This document shows, piece by piece, positions 23,917 through 35,445 of a stretch of DNA of 64,000 bases (position 1 is its first letter; every line of letters starts with the position of its first letter). The translations under genes and the position numbers were made by a program. A model generated the notes under the pieces. It made no database searches. It saw only the letters and a list, made by a program, of their open reading frames with translations, and was not told the origin of the DNA. Source of the DNA: Veleropilina oligotropha (lineage: Eukaryota); contig JBEUKZ010000008.1 of NCBI GenBank assembly GCA_048128005.1, positions 496,001 to 560,000 on the forward strand, given 5' to 3'.

Positions 23917-24152
23917 CTGAGACCGTCGCGAATGCCGGCAGCCCTAGGGCCGAGGCTTCCCTCTCCCGCTCTGCTTACGGGATTTCGCTGGAGGTGCTTG
24001 CCTCTTTGGAGTGGGTTTATTGGCCGGAGGCCTACCACCCGAAGAGGGCTTCGCACGCTTAGAAGGCTTCGGGGCCGGGGTGGGCCCTGAGCGCTTCTTC
24101 GAGTCGGCAGGTGGACCCCGGGTGGGGTGCAGTACTGCCTTCTCGATGGCAC
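21870..24152 (-). CDS. pol: DIRS pol: reverse transcriptase, RNase H and Dam-like methyltransferase domain
   Basis: RPILDL, SIDLADAY, LPFGLSSAP and YLDD (RT); FTDAS, HINFLELEA, TDN and NVRADSLSR (RNase H); DLFA...YAFPP...QPWFP (methyltransferase-like). Confidence 0.95.
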   Translation of the reverse strand: MPSRRQYCTPPGVHLPTRRSAQGPPRPRSLLSVRSPLRVVGLRPINPLQRGKHLQRNPVSRAGEGSLGPRAAGIRDGLSCPLPPVGACLLAHSQSWLELTDSNWVHLVVSAGYKLALNRHPTLTEAPPPRHARLLNGEKQAVLDQAVRDLLLKRAIYPAPPSTPGFYSHFFLVPKPDGRWRPILDLSYLNRYLRTEKFQQETLSKIRAAIRPGDWAASIDLADAYLHVPMHVTAHQYLRFIHGETIYQFRCLPFGLSSAPYVFTRTVQALGAFLHSLGHRVHMYLDDWLILGASRDLCLQSTSFTLSSAKRLGFQINETKSCFVPSTTFTFLGVDFNTVRYTAKPTQQRMRNLRAVIQDTLSSDITTARRLATVLGHIESVATLLPTGRMDKRPLQQAFRDRWIQRTGQWTDRIDLRHWFTSTTAVWLNPALPDQSVPISPPEPNAYLFTDASNDGWGGHLDSRETSGLWPTDLQGRHINFLELEAIYLSVRSLSSHLRSKHIMLATDNTTVVAYIQHQGGTRSRPLCDRAIDLHRLVMSLNSTIRARHIPGKLNVRADSLSRRSQIIHTEWTLHSRVARYVCRRWSQPQVDLFATEFNYRLPVYVSPYPDPAALAVDALSMTWENLSAYAFPPSCILSLVLQKASTERCEITLIAPLYRTQPWFPTLLDLIVDRPLALPQKLDLLMQPRTRVLHESPNDLRLHAWRLSNDPLLRKDFLKLQPYASTDREGFPRQKFMTTDGLSTWIGVTAGRSIYSVPL

Positions 24153-26226
24153 GGTCCTTCATATCCGCCGCTCTCTTGTCGACGAACTCCGAAAAGTTGT
24201 CGCCAAAGAGAGTGGTGGCCGAGCAAGGCACGCATCGCAACGAGCGCCGGGTGGCCTCGTCTAGCGAGGTGCCTTCCAGGCAAGCGTCCCTACGAAGTAG
24301 GAGCGCATTGCCCAGGACACGTCCCGTCTCCAACGCGCTGGTCTCCTGCGCGGCAGCAACCTCCTGGAGGAAGGACAGGGCAGCCTCGTGGGCGCCGGGT
24401 CCATCCTCCTGTAGTACGGCTATCGCGCCGTCCAGGAAAAAATCCTGCACGGACGACAGCCGCAGAGCCCGTCGGGCGGCGCTCTCGAAGGCTTCCAAGG
24501 CGGACCAAGGAACCTTCGCCACGGAGGGAGTGTGACTGGCGGTCAGTCGACGCAACGAAGCGTCTACACGAGCCGGGTCAGTCGCTAGGCACGGACCAGT
24601 ACAGACGAACGGGATCGCTCGCGAACTGGCCCGGAGGAACCTCCCACTACGGAACCCCGAAGGGAACTCGTTCAGCGGGGAGGACTCCACCGGATTGCGC
24701 CCCTGAATGAGCTTGGTGATCGAGTCGACGACAAGATCAACCAACCCAGACTGAGGTAAGGAGGGGAGCTCGGGGGCTTCCCTCGCAACAAACCGATGTG
24801 CTGCCGTCCTGTGTTTGACTACGTCTACGGCCGACCGAGTCGGTTCCGACAGGCCAAGCACCCCGCGAAGTGACGCAACGGCGTCGAGCCTTCGGCGGGT
24901 GGAGGAGGTCGGCTCCTGCGTGCCTGAAAGACTAGCGTCTTCGGGCCCGACCGATTCAGGGAGGTCGGAGTGAAGGGAATCGAGGTCCTCGTCGGAACGA
25001 GGGTCGATCTCCATCACGGAGGCAGGAGCCGTGCTCTGCGCCAAGGGCAGATGTGTAGGTACCAGGCGCGGCTGGGGAGCCGTCGGCCAGGCCTTACACT
25101 GTTCCTCGATCCCCGCCGCGATCCATGCCTGGACGTTCTCCAAAGAGAAACCCGGAGGCAGGACGGGCGTCGAACTAACAGCCTGTAGTTCAGTCGAGGA
25201 AACCGTGGCGCTAGGTAGACGGGCGGCATAGACAGGTGGGGCCAAGGACCAGGGTCCTTGGGCACGTGTCGAGAGGTCGAACCCTAAGGGCTGGCCCGAA
25301 GGCGCAGTCAGTGGGCCGGACGACCGAAAAGACTGCGGCAACAGTCCGTATCGGTCTACCCCTCTGCTCGGTGGAGGCACGGTCGGAAAACCGCCGTAGA
25401 ACCCCGCACCGAACGCAGCCGGTCTGTCCACGTTCTCTAGCGTGACCATCGTGGGTGCACGGGAAAGAACGGGCCCTCTGAATGTCTCGTGAGCTTCGAG
25501 GTTGAGCGGAAAACCCTTGGGGGTAGTCGCGTCGGTCTCGAACGAGGATTCAGGTGTCGCCGATTGTCCGAGTCTTAGACCTACAAGTAGGTGCCCGGCC
25601 TCTTTAAAGGCTTTCTCTGCATTGAGTCTGTCCCCGTCGCAAGACGGAGAGTTTCCCGCAGAAGGACTAACTGTCCCCTTATTCTTCGAGGCCGAAGAAA
25701 AGGATGGGGATTGTCTGCCCTGTTCAGCTGTTCTCTGCGCTGCCAGATATACCTTGCTAGCCGGCAAGGTATGGTTGGCTGCAGTTACTTGGCCCGTTTG
25801 AGGAGGAACGGTCGGCACTCGGGCCGTTACCTGAATCTGGGGTCCCGGCGAGGTTTCGGTGACTCCCCCAAGAGTCGCGGAGGTTGCGCCGGGGGCCGTT
25901 CCGGCGACAGCTGGCCCCTTAGGTCTGCTGGCGTCCATTAGCATCCCTGAATCAGAGAAAGAAGAAACGTTATCCCTTACGGAACCCCTAAGGGAACTCG
26001 TTAACTTACTCGCCTCTTCCTGACCCATCTCAGGGGAAGGACCCACCGTGGCAGTCGCCCTGGTCGACTTACCCTGGTGGGCTAGAACCGCCCACTGCTT
26101 ATCTGATAAAAGAAGGCACAGATCACATTGAAGATTAAGACTACAAGTACGGTGAATACGGCATTCCTTGTGCTTATCAAACCCGTGAATTTTCTGGTTA
26201 CACCCGGAGCTACTGCACCGGACCAT
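23944..26226 (-). CDS. gag: DIRS gag-like ORF1
   Basis: Open frame of about 760 codons from the ATG at 26226; N-terminal Cys/His cluster (CSSSGC...H..C..H..C.....C..C); C-terminal LLRRDA...LFG motif and basic tail; position upstream of pol. Confidence 0.88.
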   Translation of the reverse strand: MVRCSSSGCNQKIHGFDKHKECRIHRTCSLNLQCDLCLLLSDKQWAVLAHQGKSTRATATVGPSPEMGQEEASKLTSSLRGSVRDNVSSFSDSGMLMDASRPKGPAVAGTAPGATSATLGGVTETSPGPQIQVTARVPTVPPQTGQVTAANHTLPASKVYLAAQRTAEQGRQSPSFSSASKNKGTVSPSAGNSPSCDGDRLNAEKAFKEAGHLLVGLRLGQSATPESSFETDATTPKGFPLNLEAHETFRGPVLSRAPTMVTLENVDRPAAFGAGFYGGFPTVPPPSRGVDRYGLLPQSFRSSGPLTAPSGQPLGFDLSTRAQGPWSLAPPVYAARLPSATVSSTELQAVSSTPVLPPGFSLENVQAWIAAGIEEQCKAWPTAPQPRLVPTHLPLAQSTAPASVMEIDPRSDEDLDSLHSDLPESVGPEDASLSGTQEPTSSTRRRLDAVASLRGVLGLSEPTRSAVDVVKHRTAAHRFVAREAPELPSLPQSGLVDLVVDSITKLIQGRNPVESSPLNEFPSGFRSGRFLRASSRAIPFVCTGPCLATDPARVDASLRRLTASHTPSVAKVPWSALEAFESAARRALRLSSVQDFFLDGAIAVLQEDGPGAHEAALSFLQEVAAAQETSALETGRVLGNALLLRRDACLEGTSLDEATRRSLRCVPCSATTLFGDNFSEFVDKRAADMKDRAIEKAVLHPTRGPPADSKKRSGPTPAPKPSKRAKPSSGGRPPANKPTPKRQAPPAKSRKQSGRGKPRP

Positions 26227-26255
26227 AGCTGAATACACGGGAGGGTGGCAGTGGG

Positions 26256-26521
26256 GGGGGGGGGCAGGAATTATGCTTAATGTCCTGTATATTTATAACA
26301 TCGAGGTTCAAGGCAGGACATGTCCGTGTTATCGCGGGAGGAAACCCCGGTCGCCCGGGTAAACCCGCCCTCTTCGGCCAGTCACGGACAACTGTGCTTC
26401 ATAACTTGAACAAATGTGTGCTGCCTCAGCCGGGGGGCGATCCCACTACTGTTCGCGTCAGCGGAAACAAGCCAGTGAATTTAGAGTGGACACTCTACCC
26501 ACTGCGCTACCGAAGCGGCCT
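26256..26521 (-). mobile_element. tRNA-derived SINE (family S1, young) inserted in the DIRS leader
   Basis: TSD GGTGGCAGTGGG (26244-26255, 26522-26533); absent from copy A near 7875; nearly identical to 56634-56896. Confidence 0.93.
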
Positions 26522-28186
26522 GGTGGCAGTGGGTGTAAGGGGTAGATAAATAGGTATATATAAGGTAGTGTGACTTGTTACTACGACAACTCTTTTTAAA
26601 TTGCCCTGATCTGAAGATCAAAGATCAGACGATATACCGCAAAAAACCCCGAACTGGGAACACCGAGGTCGGGTAATTACCCGACGCGACCCGGTAAAAC
26701 CCGGCAAATTGACTAAAACAAAGGGGGGTTCGTTCTTAGAACAAACCGCCCAGAAAAACACCTGAAAACCTCGTGGATGTTTTTATGTTAGTACAATGGC
26801 GTATTATCCCAGAAACGGCAGGATATCAGAAAAACGCAAGCGTGATATCAAACGATCCTGCCTATTAACGACGCTAGAAATTTTATACAATAATAACCAG
26901 CAATAGCGTCGTTAAGGAATTATCCAATATAATGAGTTACCTGTTTGCAGTCTCAAACAATATCAGATAAGAATACCGACCAGAAATTTCTTCTAATTAC
27001 GGATTTCCCCCTCTAGGCGGCCATGCTTTTTCCCTTAGCAACGGCGGCGTTGTCGGTTTCAGTTGATTTTCCAGAACTTCGTTTCTTCAAATCATCTATG
27101 ATCAACACTATTCACATGTGTTTGTATATCCACAACACAGGGTATTCCACAACTTATATAAAGTTGTCGTTAATCGCCCTCGATCTTAACGTAAAAATCG
27201 AAGACAGATTCGAAAGATTTGCGGAGCAAAAAACACGTCTTTCCGTTTTCGCGGAAAACTTTGAATTGATGTCTGGTGACTTGATAGCCCGGATGTCTCG
27301 CGAGACTTGGCGAGATCTCGCTGGAGGAACTTAGAGAGGGGAAGCAGGGAGGGTGGTCGTGGTTATTTTTGAATTATTTAGTGCATAAATGTGACTTTAT
27401 TCACTGTTTCCAGTTAGCGATAATATGACTATTATGGCAAGAGTAAGGACGTAAGTAAGTTTGTAACTACATATGTCTTATTGGAGACATGAAAAGGGGG
27501 GACGAGGTTTACATCCAGGTACTACATGTATTAGAATATCGCACATTCCGGTTTCTATGCCATATACCTTTGGGCCAGTGCACTGGTTTTCGGACCTCAT
27601 GGCCCATATGAGGCGGCGCTTAACTTTATACCAGGTGTATATATAAAGTTTCAGTAAAATATTTTGGGAAGGAACACTCTGGACACAGACTGCTGTTCAA
27701 AACAATTAATGTAAAAACACATTCAAAGATATTTGCTGCAGTTGCACTATACACTATGTGATTATCATTATTTCAAAGTTTTGATGAAATATGCCTAGTT
27801 GTTTGGAAGTAGAAGTTAGGACAAAGTTTCTGGAAAGAAATGTTCCTGCACATTTAAACACAATTCGATATGATATCCTAGAAAGAATTATTTCCTCATA
27901 GTATTTTTTTCGTCACAACAATGTCAATATTGTTATGACATGACAGTACAGAAGTTAAAAAAGCTGGAGAGACCCATAACCAGTTATGAATATTGTGAGA
28001 GTTAACTCGTTCAACACTAAACGCTACGTCATTAACTTATGGGAAGATTTGTAACTTTCAGTACGACTGAATCAATGAGAGCAATTTAACACCTATCCAC
28101 TTGAACACCAGATCCTCATAGTAATATGTGACACGACTTACCACAATTCTTCAACCACATAGTGTATAAGACATTACTTTTATGAC

Positions 28187-28880
28187 CATTGCCATGAATC
28201 CAGCGCCCACATTGCCATGCATCCAGCGCCCACATTGCCATGAGTCCAGCGCCCACATTGCCATGAATCCAGCGCCCACATTGCCATGAATCCAGCGCCC
28301 ACATTGCCATGCATCCAGCGCCCACATTGCCATGAATCCAGCGCCCACATTGCCATGAATCCAGCGCCCACATTGCCATGAATCCAGCGCCCACATTGCC
28401 ATGCATCCAGCGCCCACATTGCCATGAATCCAGCGCCCACATTGCCATGAATCCAGCGCCCACATTGCCATGAATCCAGCGCCCACATTGCCATGCATCC
28501 AGCGCCCACATTGCCATGAATCCAGCGCCCACATTGCCATGCATCCAGCGCCCACATTGCCATGAATCCAGCGCCCACATTGCCATGAATCCAGCACCCA
28601 CATTGCCATGAATCCAGCGCCCACATTGCCATGAATCCAGCGCCCACATTGCCATGAATCCAGCGCCCACATTGCCATGAATCCAGCGCCCACATTGCCA
28701 TGCATCCAGCGCCCACATTGCCATGAATCCAGCGCCCACATTGCCATGAATCCAGCGCCCACATTGCCATGAATCCAGCGCCCACATTGCCTTGAATCCA
28801 GCGCCCACATTGCCATGAATCCAGCGCCCACATTGCCATGCATCCAGCGCCCACATTGCCAAGAATCCAGCGCCCACATT
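28187..28880. repeat. 23-bp minisatellite, about 30 copies
   Basis: Unit CATTGCCATG(A/C)ATCCAGCGCCCA, highly homogeneous. Confidence 0.97.
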
Positions 28881-29629
28881 GTATCAGTACATTTCAATAT
28901 CTGTTTCCTGATTGAATTGCTTACTAGTTGGAGTCATTGTTAAATGTCATTTCTTCTCTTCACAGCTGGTTAGCCTAGTCATAAAATCTTAACAGCAATG
29001 TCCACCAACACACATCATTTGTGAAGTATTTGAAGAACCTTCGACACGTAAAAGGCAACCCGACTTATCCATATGAAACAATTTATGACCTACAAAATTA
29101 ATACAACCTTAGACAAACAAATGCTGGACAATGCCAAAAACTACACGACATTCTATTAGGATTCATATACACAGACTACGAGACAACAAATATAACAGAG
29201 CCTTGGTGTGAATAAAATCACTGCCAAGCGTAGCTTTTGTCAAGAGATAAACAAGTCAATGCAATCTTTGTCCTTAGATTATAATATATCATAGCCGCCA
29301 CAAATTTTCTGAAAGGGAATTCCCCTCTATGCATCACAATTGCTTTAGAGCATTGATCCGTTCAAGAATACATAACGAGTAGCAGAGGCATGTCGAATAA
29401 TTGATAAAAGAACATGTGCTGTCATGTCTTAGAAATAGAACAAATATTTCATTTATAGACCATCTGTGGTGCAAGACAAATAACCAAGGTACCCGTTAAG
29501 TCTGCTGTGCCTGCTGTGCATTCAGTAACTCAATAAGAATCGGACAGCATAAATTGCTGTCACCAGACGCCAAAGAGTTAATACAATGATTGACAAGGTA
29601 AAAGCACATTAAATTCACATGAAATGAAA

Positions 29630-29882
29630 TAGATTGGATCAATGCTGAACGTGCTGTATATTTATATCCTTCAGGTTCAAGGCAGGACATGTCCATATTA
29701 ACACGGGAGGAATTCCCGGTCGCCCGGGGAACCGGCCCTCTCCGGCCATTTACGGACAACTGCGATTGATAACGGAACAAAGAATGCCATTTCCTCAACC
29801 GAGATTAACTCCTGTTAATTAGCGCTATCGAGCCACTGATTTCAGAGTCGGCACTCAAGACCACACGGCCATTGGAGCGGCC
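29630..29882 (-). mobile_element. SINE family S1, diverged copy
   Basis: GGCCGCTCC head and the shared body ggttcaaggcaggacatgtcc...cgggagg. Confidence 0.75.
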
Positions 29883-30327
29883 CGATATCATAATCAATTA
29901 TGTGTATTGTTATGGAATGAAAGCGTTAATATAGATATGTTACAAATGTTGAGACTGCTCATCTAGTTATCAAGATATCAGATGAACCGTCAAAGCATTT
30001 AAGAGTTTGAATTTCCAACCAAACATATTTCAATTTTTTTTTAAACTCGCAGAGGTTTTATTGCACTTCATTCCCAAGATGCAGTGCAATCATCAATTTA
30101 TAGTGATCGACACATTTACAATGGATATCAACTAGAATTCACACAGTATTTATACGCCATATATTAAAATAATGCTGCAAGCAATTGGAGGTTTCCTATC
30201 AAAATAATCTGTTTGATGACCATCGTTCCAGGAATTTGAGGCTGTTATGGAATACACGTGTTCAAATTGAAGCCATCAACATCAGGAATCTACTTTAATC
30301 CCTTCATCACAGCAGCATGCTATAATG

Positions 30328-30502
30328 ATGTTATCAGTATTGTGTGAATTCTGGCACATCGGAAACCTCGAGTGACATCGTAGTTTTTGCAGCAGATTAA
30401 TCGCGAGAACGAAGTTCGAGCGATTTGGATTATCCGCCTCAAAAACTACGACGTCACGAGAGGTTTCCGATGTGCCAAAATCCACACAATAACTGATAAC
30501 AT
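30328..30502. mobile_element. Foldback hairpin element (~175 bp)
   Basis: About 60-bp imperfect inverted arms (atgttatcagt...tcgtagttttt / aaaaactacga...actgataacat) around a central GAACGAAGTTC. Confidence 0.75.
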
Positions 30503-31465
30503 TTTTATTATATGCCACAACAAGTTTCTTATTAAATTGAATCAAAAGATTATGGTAATTTTAGTCACGAATCTGTAAGGGAGGTTGAAATAGTAGAGGA
30601 CTATATTGGAAGTAGTTCCTACGATTTGTCAGCCATTTTGAATATATAAGCAGGAGACGTTTTCCTGTGAATATATAAGCAGGAGACGTTTTCTGAATCA
30701 ATATCAGCTGTGTCCGTGATACAGGGTCTCGGAAAACTTCGCGCTAATAGGTGTCAGAAAACGACTGCCATATAATAAAGCAGGTTATGACGTCAAACAA
30801 TGTTATTGTCTTATTTTTACTTTATTCTGACCACAAGAGAGTCACATTTCTTCTGAATTTTCAATACAACTAATAATAATAATGATATACAACTCATTTT
30901 GAAAGTTACTGTTAGGTTATTCAATGTTTTATCTACATTGTATCCATATTTATGCAAGTGGTCAACTAACAAATAACTAATTTATCATGTAAATGACGTC
31001 ATTATTTAATAAATATATATCTACCTCATCTCATTGGTAATTAAGTTAGTGAGTAAAACATTTCAGCTAAATATACTTAATACATGACTTATACAGATCC
31101 GCATTATGTCCCGCTCATAAAAATATATAGTTTGCATAAAGTTATTAAATGGAACCTGTTGATATCACATAGGATATACGAGAAATTTGTCTGAAATTCA
31201 GCCAGCATTTTCAGTGTATATGAATAAATTGTTCTCTGGAATACTCAGTAATGAAAGAGATAAGCTTGCAATTCCGGTTAGCATTGCCATTCCACTTCAT
31301 CAATATATGATAATTGTATCTGCATAAATTGAACACGTCAATGCTATAAATTTATGAGGGAGAACGTCTATTCAAGGTAGGCGTTTATATTTTTTGTGAC
31401 GCTCTTGTGGGACGCAAATATTCGAGGCAGGCATTTATTCAAGGCAGGCTTTTGGAAATACAGTA

Positions 31466-32808
31466 CCGTATATACTCGCGTATAAGCCTATCTTGCGGAT
31501 AAGACGACCCCCCAACTTTCCGTCTTGGAACCAGAATAATTTGTATGTCGCGTGTATAAGACGACCCCCGACTTTCAGACTTCAAACGTTGCAAAAATAT
31601 CAACATGCAGGTTTTCAAAATGATGTCGATCGTTATACAAACAAACATGTAAGCCACCTGTCGATGTTTTGACTGTATAATCTAATTGGCATGTGGAAAA
31701 ATGCATCGCCAACTTATTTATTTATCAAAGCCTTTTGTATATTAATTGCTTGTCAATGTGGAATAGTCCAATTCGGCACTTGGAATAAACAATAGCCAGA
31801 TTAGTCGACTGCACAATACATAATTGATATTAACATAGTTAAATTGATCAAAATACTTGCTTATTTGCCGGTATGTCTTGCTACGCCATCGTAAAGATGT
31901 TTATTCAACAGTAACATTCGAAGTTTAACCATTTTTTCAACCTCGTGGGTTTCAAAATAATTTTTACTTCCGGAAAAAGTCGGAACTGAAAGTTCGATAA
32001 ACATCGTTTCAATGTAGAAATGTTACGGAAATGAACGATGTCAATCGGGGATATTATGGGATGGCAGACATCGATCGATAATTGGATTAAAATCTATTGT
32101 CAAAGTCCAAATGTCAGACTTTTGGGTTTATCTGAACGCAAAATCAAAGATTAGGCTTACGAATCAATGTAAAAGGTGCCGTTACATGTATTCATGTGAA
32201 CATCACTTAGTTCGCCGATAAATAACATAATTATAAGACAACAACACAACAACGTTTCTTTTGTAATAAAATTAAAAATATTATCTCCCCCTGATTTGGT
32301 TTCGTAGCATCGTCGTTGAGAACTACGGTGATTTAATTATTATTTTAATTTATATATGAAGACAACGTCTTATAAGCTTTTTTTATATCATATCATAATA
32401 TACTGGACTAATTAAATATCGCTAGAAATAATTCTTCAATAATTGTAACAAGAGCTGTCAGAAGGACAGCATGCTCGACTTCATGCAAAATGTTAACCAG
32501 AAGTTTGACGCCGACGCCGACGACAGGGTGACTGCAATAGCTCGTACTATTTTAGAATAGTCGAGCTAAAAACAAATCGATTCGAGATTAAAATTTTTCA
32601 ACATGGCGGCCGATAACGCGACATGTGTTCAGCAGAAGAGAAATACTTTGTGCACAAAATGATGGATATGACGGCTACCCGTAATTTTCATGTATTTTGA
32701 GTCCGATTTAGTTTGATCAAATGTATGGTCTCGCATATAAGACGACCCCGTAACTATTGAGTTGATATTTTTGGTAAAAAACATCGTCTTATACGAGAGT
32801 ATATACGG
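31466..32808. mobile_element. Non-autonomous Tc1/mariner-pogo-type MITE
   Basis: TIRs CCGTATATACTCGCGTATAAG / CTTATACGAGAGTATATACGG, TA on both sides, repeated subterminal TAAGACGACCCC. Confidence 0.85.
32447..32568 (-). mobile_element. Mini-HINE (~120 bp) nested in the MITE
   Basis: AACAAGAG plus hairpin GCTGTC..GACAGC at one end; (GACGCC)n and TAGCTCG...CGAGCTA at the other. Confidence 0.7.
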
Positions 32809-33008
32809 TATGTAAATAGGATATTCGAAATCTGTTATGCAATTTTTGTTGAGAAACGACTACTTTTAGCTGTTTGTACGAGTCATAAATACTGTGTATA
32901 TATGCAATAAGGGAGTAATTAACCAAATAAATTGACATAAATCATCCATTATAATGTATAAAATAAACTCTAGATATCCACAGATTTTTAACCTGACTGT
33001 ACACTCAC

Positions 33009-33064
33009 CCTCAGAGCAGGCTGGCCGCAGTCGGCGCTTGGATTCTTGCATCTCATGCTTTCAC
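33009..33064 (-). other. Candidate 56-nt host exon (open frame ...ESMRCKNPSADCGQPALR)
   Basis: Acceptor TTTTGTGTTGCAG| and donor AGG|GTGAGT flank a GC-rich island; one frame is open and ends in phase 0. Confidence 0.5.
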
Positions 33065-33875
33065 CTGCAACACAAAACATGAATTTTAAAACAGGACCTA
33101 CGTAACATTGATTAACAAGACAATCCGAGATTTCAAACCCATGACCAGTTGATCGAATTCTACTTTCTGAAATTGCAATACCCTTTTATAATCGATTGAA
33201 AATATAAGACAAGAAAACTGAAAATGACGTCATAAAATCTGGATATGTTGCAGATTTAATTCTATAATTTTTGTTCTTGCCAGGTTTACTGGTAAAATTC
33301 ATGGGAAATCAGGTCAGTAGATATAGAACAACAATCGCAAACGGCCTAATTACATGTAATACCCTTCGTTCGCCTCAACATGAGAGAAGATTATAATTCT
33401 GACCATGCAAAATTTAATATGCAAATTGTAGAACAAATTATATTTTTAGGGTAAATTTATACAATAATGCCTACAGGTAATTATAAATACAACACAATAA
33501 CAGGATTCATCATATATATGGTCCATGCTACTTGAATTAGCCTCATCCATGACAGCGAAACCACCTACCGCAGCCACCATACTTTCTTCCGTGTCTCTTC
33601 CTTCCAAACCATGTAAAAAACGGATCTGAGAAAAACATGCGTCACCAGGTATTTTTTCTACTTGCCCATATGAGACAAATGACTGAATGTGACTAACTAT
33701 AATGTGCTATTCTATAGCAACAGACTTCTGAATTATTGATTGTGTGTAGGTTGTTACACAATAATTTGTGCACAGATTGAATCCGTCAATACAGGCAATT
33801 AGACACACTAGGACTACCCCACAGATGAGACATTATTACCAGCAAGCAGCTTAATACCTGCTAAAATATTCATGA

Positions 33876-34195
33876 CTAGCTGAATTGAGCTCCCTTCGGG
33901 AGCTCTAATTCAGCGTCATGGGGCCTGCGGCCCCAAGTGGAGGGGCTTTGCCCCTCATATTAATTGACAATTTTTTGCTTTATTTTGCGTCCACTACAAA
34001 TTGCATAAAATTTATATTTTCGCCTAAAATTTAAAAAATAAATTGGAATTTTTGTTCTTCAAAATTTAAGGGTTTTTTGCGGCGAAGACCATCCCCTGGG
34101 TACCCTTAGTTGACATGCAAACTTTGGTGAGGATCGGCCCAGTGGTTACGGAGGAGATAGCGGACAGACAGACTCTACTCTTTTATATATAGAGA
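33876..34195 (-). mobile_element. Non-autonomous Helitron (320 bp)
   Basis: Minus strand reads A|TCTCTATATATAAAA...hairpin GAGCTCCCGAAGGGAGCTC...CTAG|T, with no TSD. Confidence 0.88.
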
Positions 34196-35294
34196 TTTGT
34201 GTTATTAATTAATGACTTGACAGAATGATATTATAGAATAACGCTGCTCAGGTTAATTAGCCTCTAAGCCTCTAACAACAAGAGAGAAACACCTTCCTTG
34301 GCAGACAGAGAGTCTGCAGTATACAATATAAATTAGATAAAAATATCTATTCAATTCTAGAATATACTAGGTAAAAATAGCGCATCTATGATTCTAATTG
34401 ATAGCCCACTCATTGGTCAATGTCATGAAGGTAACTAAATTAATTATAAGAAAATGCGATTAGCTTGGCGCTGTTGACTTTGGTTAATTGTTTAATTAAT
34501 GCTATGTATACAATAAATAGCTGGTGAATCAATTGCTTCACATTCAATAATATTAATATTACAATTACAATATTACAATACAATTATATCACCAAAGGCC
34601 AATGCATCACCCATCATATTTGCAGATCTTAAAGTAGGAGAAGAACTCTGAATATCTGATGACATGTGCTCATCTCTTCGGTTTTGATCTGCCATGACTG
34701 GCGCACACACCATAGCAAATTTTATAATTATATACAAAATATACAAGTGATTGCCACTAAGTGGCGATTGTCCCCCGCCCGTATTATTGACCACATATAT
34801 ATTTTTGCCCGCTGTGTATTCAGTAACGCAATGAGAATTCATTAATTAAGCAAGATTTCCTGCCACCAGAGGCTACAGAGATAGATATGCACCCAAAGAC
34901 TAAGTGTAAATACTTAAGTAAATTAAATAATTCTCATTATTCGAACATGATCCATCCCATTATCACATTGTGGTTGGTTGGTCTGTGAAGTTTCAGAAAG
35001 CTAACATTTTTCTAAATGGAAAATTTAGTTGAGAAAATTGATAAATTTCATACATGCAGAGACTATGCAAAATTCAACATTAAATCAAGCCTTGAAGGTT
35101 TAAAAAGTCCTCAATATTTGAACTTGATCTACCCCATGATGTGGTTAGTGGATCTATAAAGTTTCAGAAAGCTAGCACATCTGTACAAGAAATAAGGGCA
35201 TCTGAGAAAATTGACCACATCCATGATTGCAGAGACTATGTATAAAATTGCCAAAAAATCCATCAATTTAAAAAAATAATTCCCCATATTCGAA

Positions 35295-35445
35295 AAGGAA
35301 AAAGGAAAGGATCAATGCTTATTGTCCTGTACATTTCCAACTTATTTAGGTTCAAACCAGGACTTGTCCGTATTATCGCGGGAGGAACGCCCGCCCTCTT
35401 GGACCAGTTATGTACAACTGTGATTCATAACTTGAACAAATAATT
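35295..35445 (-). mobile_element. 5'-truncated SINE family S1
   Basis: Matches the 3' half of S1; the tail reads (GGAAAAA)n on the plus strand. Confidence 0.7.

Larger units (their letters stand above)
19739..27475 (-). mobile_element. DIRS1-type tyrosine-recombinase retrotransposon, copy B (all three ORFs open; SINE in leader)
   Basis: ITRs at 19776-19976 and 27257-27457 (2 mismatches), ICR at 20035-20124, terminal ATG duplication, and gag, RT/RH/MT and YR ORFs. Confidence 0.97.

Noticed and set aside
20959..24152. Prophage, retron or restriction-modification system (RT plus integrase plus methylase)
   Set aside because: The ITR/ICR structure, gag and eukaryotic repeat context identify a DIRS retrotransposon.
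21137..25941. Many plus-strand ORFs within the DIRS (also 3745-7504)
   Set aside because: They are antisense shadows of GC-rich coding sequence with no recognisable motifs.
28116..28897. Three long overlapping ORFs (224-253 aa)
   Set aside because: They arise from a stop-free 23-bp minisatellite whose unit is not a multiple of 3.
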